16,067 bases of DNA from Oopsacas minuta. Taxonomy: Eukaryota > Animalia > Porifera. The stretch lies in contig JAKMXF010000129.1 of the NCBI GenBank assembly GCA_024704765.1, forward strand, positions 1 to 16,067, read 5' to 3'. Shown here piece after piece: positions 10,432 to 16,067 of the stretch (position 1 is the first letter of the stretch; every line of letters starts with the position of its first letter). Made by a program: the position numbers and the translations under genes. The notes under the pieces were generated by a model that saw only the letters and a program-made list of their open reading frames with translations, was not told the DNA's origin and ran no database searches.

Positions 10432-10532
10432 GTGTGTGTGTCGGCACAACAAGAAAAAGGATGCGAAACTGTATTGAGTATTCTCAATTTTTAGTAAACT
10501 CCAGATATTATTCATCTTATATATCTCACACT

Positions 10533-10594
10533 CAGGACCGTCGGAATCACATGGAAAGTGGGTCTGCCCAGGTTCCCCTCTTCTGACGGCCCTG
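10533..10594. mobile_element. Minimal 62-bp hAT-type element
   Basis: 14-bp TIRs CAGGACCGTCGGAA versus reverse complement CAGGGCCGTCAGAA (12/14). 8-bp flanks CTCACACT (10525-10532) and ATCACACT (10595-10602) match 7/8. Confidence 0.75.
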
Positions 10595-11890
10595 ATCACA
10601 CTTGATTAATTGAACTATCAATTGGGTAAGTAATCATAGTGGCTTTGGATAATTATCTTTAGAGACAGTAAAAAATTAGCACTTTCCGAGTAACAAGTAT
10701 CTACTTCATTGATAGTATCAATAATGAACCTTACTCCTTTCAATTAATCAATTATTGATGTAGTTATCCATTCTTAATTAGCTTTAAAAACCATTTTTTA
10801 CGATAACTATGAGATTAATGTTAACAAATCACGGTTGAAGTTTTACGGACTTAACGAGACGTAGTCTCTGCTATGTTTTTTCAAAAGAAATATATAATGA
10901 TATCGGCCCCTGCCCAATTTTTTGTGACGTTTTTTCTTTATTTCCCTAGAAATTTTCCGAAAACTATTTTCAGTGGGTTAGAATATTATTCGATACTTAT
11001 TGTTGATATTTGTCATTGAAATTTGGCTCATTAATAGAATGAATATTCAAAACCTATCAAAATTTCCCATATTTTGACATTAGAATACTTTCTGTGTTAT
11101 ATTTGAATTTAATTCATCATATTTTCACACCTAACAAGTACCTTTCCTTCAAAAGTAAAATCGCTGTTCTAAATTACAAGATTGGTGAATATCAATGAAA
11201 CGTTTTTAAATTTTTAGTCGCCAAGATTTTTTCAAATAAATTTGCTATAGGTTGGAGCATAACATTCTTTACACTAAACCAATGGCAGTCACTAAAAATT
11301 TGGAGGCAGGGATTGGTTAATTAGTTCAACTAGTCTATATCCTTTTTCGCTACTTTGCATTTGTTTGATAATAGAAACCTTAATTATTTGTTTACAAATA
11401 CTGTCAAGCTTATCTGTATGACTTATAAGCACTGAACATTATGTTGATTATACACATTTTCATAATTGATGAATTCTAATATAGTCCATAGTGAGCTATT
11501 AATTGGACAATAAGAATTCATGCTAAATTATTTTCATTTAACAATATTTTGTTCATAATAAACTGAATTATACGTCTATGGTATTTTATTATATATTGTG
11601 TGCTAATATATGCCTTAAGTTCCCTAAGGAACTAAACTAGCATATCAACTATCCCCCTTTCTATCCTCCCATAATCTTATTATTTACACTAGTGGATATT
11701 AATCCAATTAGATATAGAAAAGAGGACTCTTGTATTATAACCCCTCTATTCCACAGCGCTATATTACACCGCACTATTGGGTGAACTATCTGGATAAGTT
11801 GTGTTGTGTTGCTTCTGGCAGTACTTCCAATTACAGAGGAGAAGATTTCACTAAAATTTTCATTTTCCCAAGAGATGAGTCTTTTCTGGA

Positions 11891-12339
11891 CAGTGTTCGG
11901 AAAAAACCGCCCTTTTCAAGAAAAGACCGAGACAGGTAGAAGAAACCGTTTTTTTCTGCCTATTTCTGCTGACTATGTATGATCATTCATCATAATATCT
12001 AATTGAATATTGATTAGTTATTAGTAATATTCTCTTTCATAATATTTTATCTAAACAAACAAGTCAGTTTATTAAGTTGATATTCCACAAACTTCTGTCT
12101 AGTATTAGGAAACAAGTATAAAAGGGTTACAGTCCGAAGTTTCAACAAGAAGAGGTAATATAAAGCAAAATCTCTTTAGAAAATCAGTCTCTTACATGTT
12201 GAAATGGGCCAGGAGAAAAGTCACATATGGTGACTATGGTTATAAGTGGTTTTTCCAAATTAAATTCCCTTTTCCGGGGTGGAAAAACCGTTTTTTCCAT
12301 GTGGTTTTTTTCTGGGGTGGTCTTTCCTGACAAACACTG
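11891..12339. mobile_element. Possible old non-autonomous hAT-like relic
   Basis: Both ends read CAGTGTT inward, followed by GGAAA(A/G)ACC(G/A)CCC-type motifs in inverted orientation; AAACCGTTTTTT occurs near both ends. Flanks TTTCTGGA and CTTCGGGA match 6/8. Confidence 0.4.
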
Positions 12340-12650
12340 CTTCGGGAACGATTGTTTAGAGCTATTCCAAGACCTCGAGAACGCTATCAAAACAACAAGA
12401 CTCCAAGGATTAGTAATTCTTACATTATATATACCACCAGAACAATAACTCGGTTACATTTTAAGTATACAATTATTGGTATACTACAATCTACTATACT
12501 TGATTAATTAATCCATACTTGAGTTATGATTTATGACATATGGACTTTGTAATAACTTTAATCCTTGCAGTTTAAATAGAACTCTTTATTTTGCACACAT
12601 GTGGACGGTAAAATTTGTCCGTATTAACCGTGTTGGTATCTGTTATCTAG

Positions 12651-12876
12651 GATCCGCATCTACTGTATTCGCATACTTCATACGTACAAAATTGTGACGT
12701 CGAAAGATATTGAATTGAGGGGTGCTGATGATCAAAATATCGATACAATATTGATCCAAGACTCGAACTTATCCGAACCAGGCACAAATTGCCACTGTAG
12801 GGAAAATCTGCCTGATGTGCTTCCAGTTTCTGAAATTCATCCTGGACATACAAACATTTATATACAAACAGATTAA
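12651..12876 (+). CDS. Candidate terminal exon of an unidentified gene
   Basis: Acceptor-like TCTGTTATCTAG ending 12650. Frame open from 12628 to 12876 (IRIYCIRILHTYKIVTSKDIELRGADDQ...IQTD*). More GC-rich than its flanks. No homologue recognised. Confidence 0.22.
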
Positions 12877-13181
12877 TTGCGATTTTATAGTATAGATAGT
12901 ATAATGAATGATTAGAATGGAGATGCAATACAAATTTCACAATTTAGAATACGTTTTGATAAAAATGAAACTTCTTTCTCTACTCTTTCGAATTATATCA
13001 AATTTGAATTGATCGGATCACGAAAATTGGGCCAAATATTGATTTAAAGTGTGCACGTTGAAAACTAAGCCAGCATCACACTGGCCGTTTTATCTTTCTC
13101 TGATCCATAAAAATGTTGTAGTTTCCAGTCCATACATAATTAGTTCACACTGAAATTTAACACCACTGCTAATGCTAGAAC

Positions 13182-13443
13182 CAGAGGAGCCTAATGGATA
13201 ACAGATAACGGATCATGGCATTTGGATGGATTTGGATTTACAATATCAAAAAGCCATGGATTTCGGATACATTTGGATCCTCTGTAGCCCAAGGATCCAT
13301 CAAATCCACCAAATTCATAGATTTCATAGATTTTTAAAGGATTTTATTTTGATAATCGTATTCCTTATGAATATGGAATGGATTTGGATTAATTGATTTT
13401 TGGAATTGGATTTGATTATGATTTGGATCCATCCGTGCCACTG
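13182..13443. mobile_element. hAT-type MITE, 262 bp, with internal (T)GGATTT repeats
   Basis: Perfect 8-bp duplication GCTAGAAC (13174-13181 and 13444-13451). Ends CAGAGG.../...CCACTG. Many TGGAT(TT)/GGATCC motifs, plus inverted CCAAAT/ATCC copies. Confidence 0.8.
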
Positions 13444-14488
13444 GCTAGAACGAATTTGATATTTATCATCAGCCAATAACATAGCCGTATGTTTTCTCCT
13501 ACGTCACATGACTTCATGGGACAGAGGCGTGCATACAGCATACGTGTGCACATAATTAAACCGTAACAATAAGTACTACTCGATCATGACAAGGAGAAAC
13601 TGATTTGATGAAGAACTATCACTATGTTTACAACTAGGAGAATCGCTATTTAAATGCTTAATATACATTGCATATGCCAAAGAAACCCAAATAGTATCTT
13701 GTGATGTCAAATGCACAAAAAATTGATATGCTTTCTTCAAAATCAATGTTAATACATCGCAATTGTTTAAGTGACAACTTTCTGTTTGTCTTTGTTCGTT
13801 GTCAAGGAAAGGATTAATGGAGTGCTATATTGAATTGATTGCGACCATTCTGAGTTTGCGCATAATTATGCATAAATAGGGTCTACCAAGTCGTAAACAG
13901 AATTCAATATAACCCGATTAAACAAATCAAATATACGAAGTCCGATTTTTCACTTTCAAATTGAATATACTAAGGCAATGGCAATCTATTGAAATTTTGG
14001 ACCATGCATAGTCATTACCATCGGACTATTTTACACAATAACTTTTGTATTTCTTAATATATCAAAGTGATTTCAACATTTATGTGTAGCCAACAACTGC
14101 CTACTCCTTAGAACATATCTTGGTATAATATTGCCTGGTGTATAAATCTTCAGTTTTGCACATATTTGAATATCCAATTCAGTCATATTGTTCGCGCGAA
14201 TTAATCGCTTATAGTACTCTAATATGTATAATTCCTCATGAGCATAGAGATCTTATGTAGCAACATGTAACTATATATTAGCGTCAATATCTGTGATTAC
14301 TTTTGATATTTGTGTCTTAAACCTCTTAATATGAAACTATTTTACCCACTCATAAATTTTGTATCAAATGTAGAGAATAACATAATAATTATCGTAAATA
14401 TTTTCGTTTCTTCCAATTACTGCAATATTTGTAATGCATCATCGCATAATCAGCATCACATGCCTAGAACCAGGGCCTTATTAACTAA

Positions 14489-14680
14489 ATTCTAAAAATT
14501 ATTCTTAACTTAATTCTAAGTGTATTTCTAAGAAAAATTCTAAGAAATCATGAAATATTCTTAGTTTTCATTATGAATTCTTAACTTGGCTATACTTAAC
14601 GGATTCTAAGAATAATTCTTAAAATAAAGTAATTCTAAGAATAATTCTTAAAATTGAATAATTCTACCTGATTAATTCTT
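14489..14680. repeat. Subterminal array of ATTCT(T)AA motifs with four perfect TTCTAAGAA copies
   Basis: About 13 motif copies; five at exact 12-bp spacing (14489, 14501, 14513, 14525, 14537). The 22-mer ATTCTAAGAATAATTCTTAAAA occurs at 14603 and 14632. Confidence 0.9.
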
Positions 14681-14866
14681 GCGATTGATTAATAAAATTT
14701 ATGCCAATCCATTCGACTTCAATCGCTTTTTGAGAAGATATGTACATAGTAGAAAATAAAATCCTTATAGTTGTATTCTTGATTTATCATTAATGAGATA
14801 AATTACCCCATCCAATAGAAACAGATATTCATTGCATTTCTCATTTGTGTACTATTGTATAAACTC

Positions 14867-15900
14867 ATGGCCTTCCTATTTGTTCTTTTTTAGCTGGAAA
14901 TAGGCAATTTTCGACGCCAAAGAATATTGTTTGACAGGTTAAACCCTCTTGATGTGTAGACAGATGTAGAGTTTATTTCTCGTTATAGAATCAGAAGAGA
15001 AATGTTCTTAGAATTGCATGATAAAATTGAGACTTTCATGTCTCGATCTACAAGCCGATCTCATTCACTTTCGGTGACAACTCAATTAGCGGTCACTCTT
15101 CAGTTTCTAGCTACGGGTACTTTCCAAACTGTGGTTGCATCAGCTCATGAAATTTCCCAGCCCTCTGTGTTCAACTGTGTTAGAGGTGTAACAGATGCAT
15201 TATGCTCAATTGCGAAACACTGTATACAGTTTCCAACTGCTGCTAGACAGATGAGCATACAGCATGGATTTATGGAAATTTCGGGTTTCCTAAAGTATTA
15301 GGTTGCATAGGCGGCTCACACATCCCAATTGTTGCACCTAGCACCAATGAAGCAATTTATGTTAATCGTAAAAGTTTTCATTCAATTAACGTCCAAGCGA
15401 TATGTGACGATATATTCAAGTTTATTAATGTAGTTGTGAAGTGGCCAGGCAGCATACATGATGCATTCATATGGAGGCAATCAGGAATCAATCTTAAGAT
15501 CGCCAGTAAAGAAATTCCAATTCTTGATGGGTGGTTTCTCGGCGATAGTGGCTATCCGTTGCGCCCAAATTTAATGACTCCATTACTATCTCCTGTTACA
15601 CCTCGCGAAAGAAGGTATAATCGTGCTTTCCTGAAGACTCGAAAGACAATTGAATATACCTTTGGAATATGGAATAGCAGATGGAGATCAATGGACAAGA
15701 CTGGTGGCAGTTTTTGCTATAGCCCAGAGAGGGTTTGCAAACTAATCTTATCCTCCATGATACTTCATAAGTTTTGTGTTGATCGTGGTCTTCAAATTGA
15801 TATTGAAAATTTGGAAAGTGACATGCCCTCACGGGTCTCTCAGAAAATCATATTGATCGAAAAAACGAGGTCCTTGAGATTTTTCATGATTCTTGTGTAG
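14867..15900 (+). pseudogene. Harbinger/HARBI1-like DDE transposase pseudogene
   Basis: EFISRYRIRREMF, QLAVTLQFLATGTFQ, GFPKVLGCI(G)GSHIPI, YVNRKSFHSINVQAICD, WPGSIHDA, LGDSGYPL, YNRAFLKTRKTIEYTFG. TAG at 14891 and 14957, a frameshift near 15288, and GGC at 15310 where the IDG aspartate is expected. Confidence 0.93.
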
Positions 15901-16067
15901 AATTTTGCGTAGAATCCGATTCTGTTGTCAAAAAAATATTTCCCACACAAATTTTTTCGATAAATTTATTTTTTGTAAAAAAATAATTTTTTACAATTCG
16001 AATATTTTAGATTCTCATCATGACAGCGATGGCAGATGCATCACCATTGGCAATCAGATATTATTAT

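Larger units (their letters stand above)
14474..16067 (+). mobile_element. 5' portion of a PIF/Harbinger transposon (right end outside window)
   Basis: Putative terminus GGCCTTATTAACTAA preceded by CAG (possible CWG target duplication), a subterminal palindrome array, then a HARBI1-like transposase. The left boundary is inferred because only one end is visible. Confidence 0.75.

Noticed and set aside
10903-11320. Possible old element bounded by CCCTGCC..CAA.TTTTT inverted motifs, with TTAA at right
   Set aside because: The match needs gaps and the left TTAA is absent; too weak to call.
14867-15900. Domesticated HARBI1 host gene
   Set aside because: Two stops, a frameshift, loss of the first catalytic Asp and an adjacent transposon-type terminus indicate a dead transposon copy.
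1-16067. Prokaryotic system (operon, CRISPR array, defence island)
   Set aside because: Low coding density, eukaryotic transposon superfamilies, a eukaryotic histone-fold gene, and no repeat-spacer array.
16008-16067. C-terminus of a convergent Myb-like partner ORF on the minus strand
   Set aside because: The short open stretch (YLIANGDASAIAVMMRI*) is preceded by in-frame stops and shows no Myb/SANT motif.

Overview
AT-rich eukaryotic (probably animal) genomic DNA dominated by decayed cut-and-paste DNA transposons. There is no prokaryotic operon, rRNA, tRNA or CRISPR signal. The core (4.3-8.5 kb) holds three full-length but dead IS630-Tc1-mariner elements from three subfamilies. A DD34D mariner (4303-5636) is followed by a DD37D maT-type element (5829-8478), which is split by a nested DD37E element (6302-7641); removing the insert and one TA restores the maT reading frame exactly. 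The right end carries the 5' part of a PIF/Harbinger element: a phased array of 9-bp palindromes followed by a broken HARBI1-like transposase. Small hAT-type elements with 8-bp target duplications lie at 1597-1982, 10533-10594 (only 62 bp) and 13182-13443. The one confident host-type gene is an intact, intronless 90-aa CENP-S/MHF1 histone-fold ORF (10159-10431). A speculative chain of small exons upstream would end in a stop 2 nt before its ATG, suggesting a possible bicistronic or uORF arrangement. All family calls come from motif recognition by eye, without database searches.
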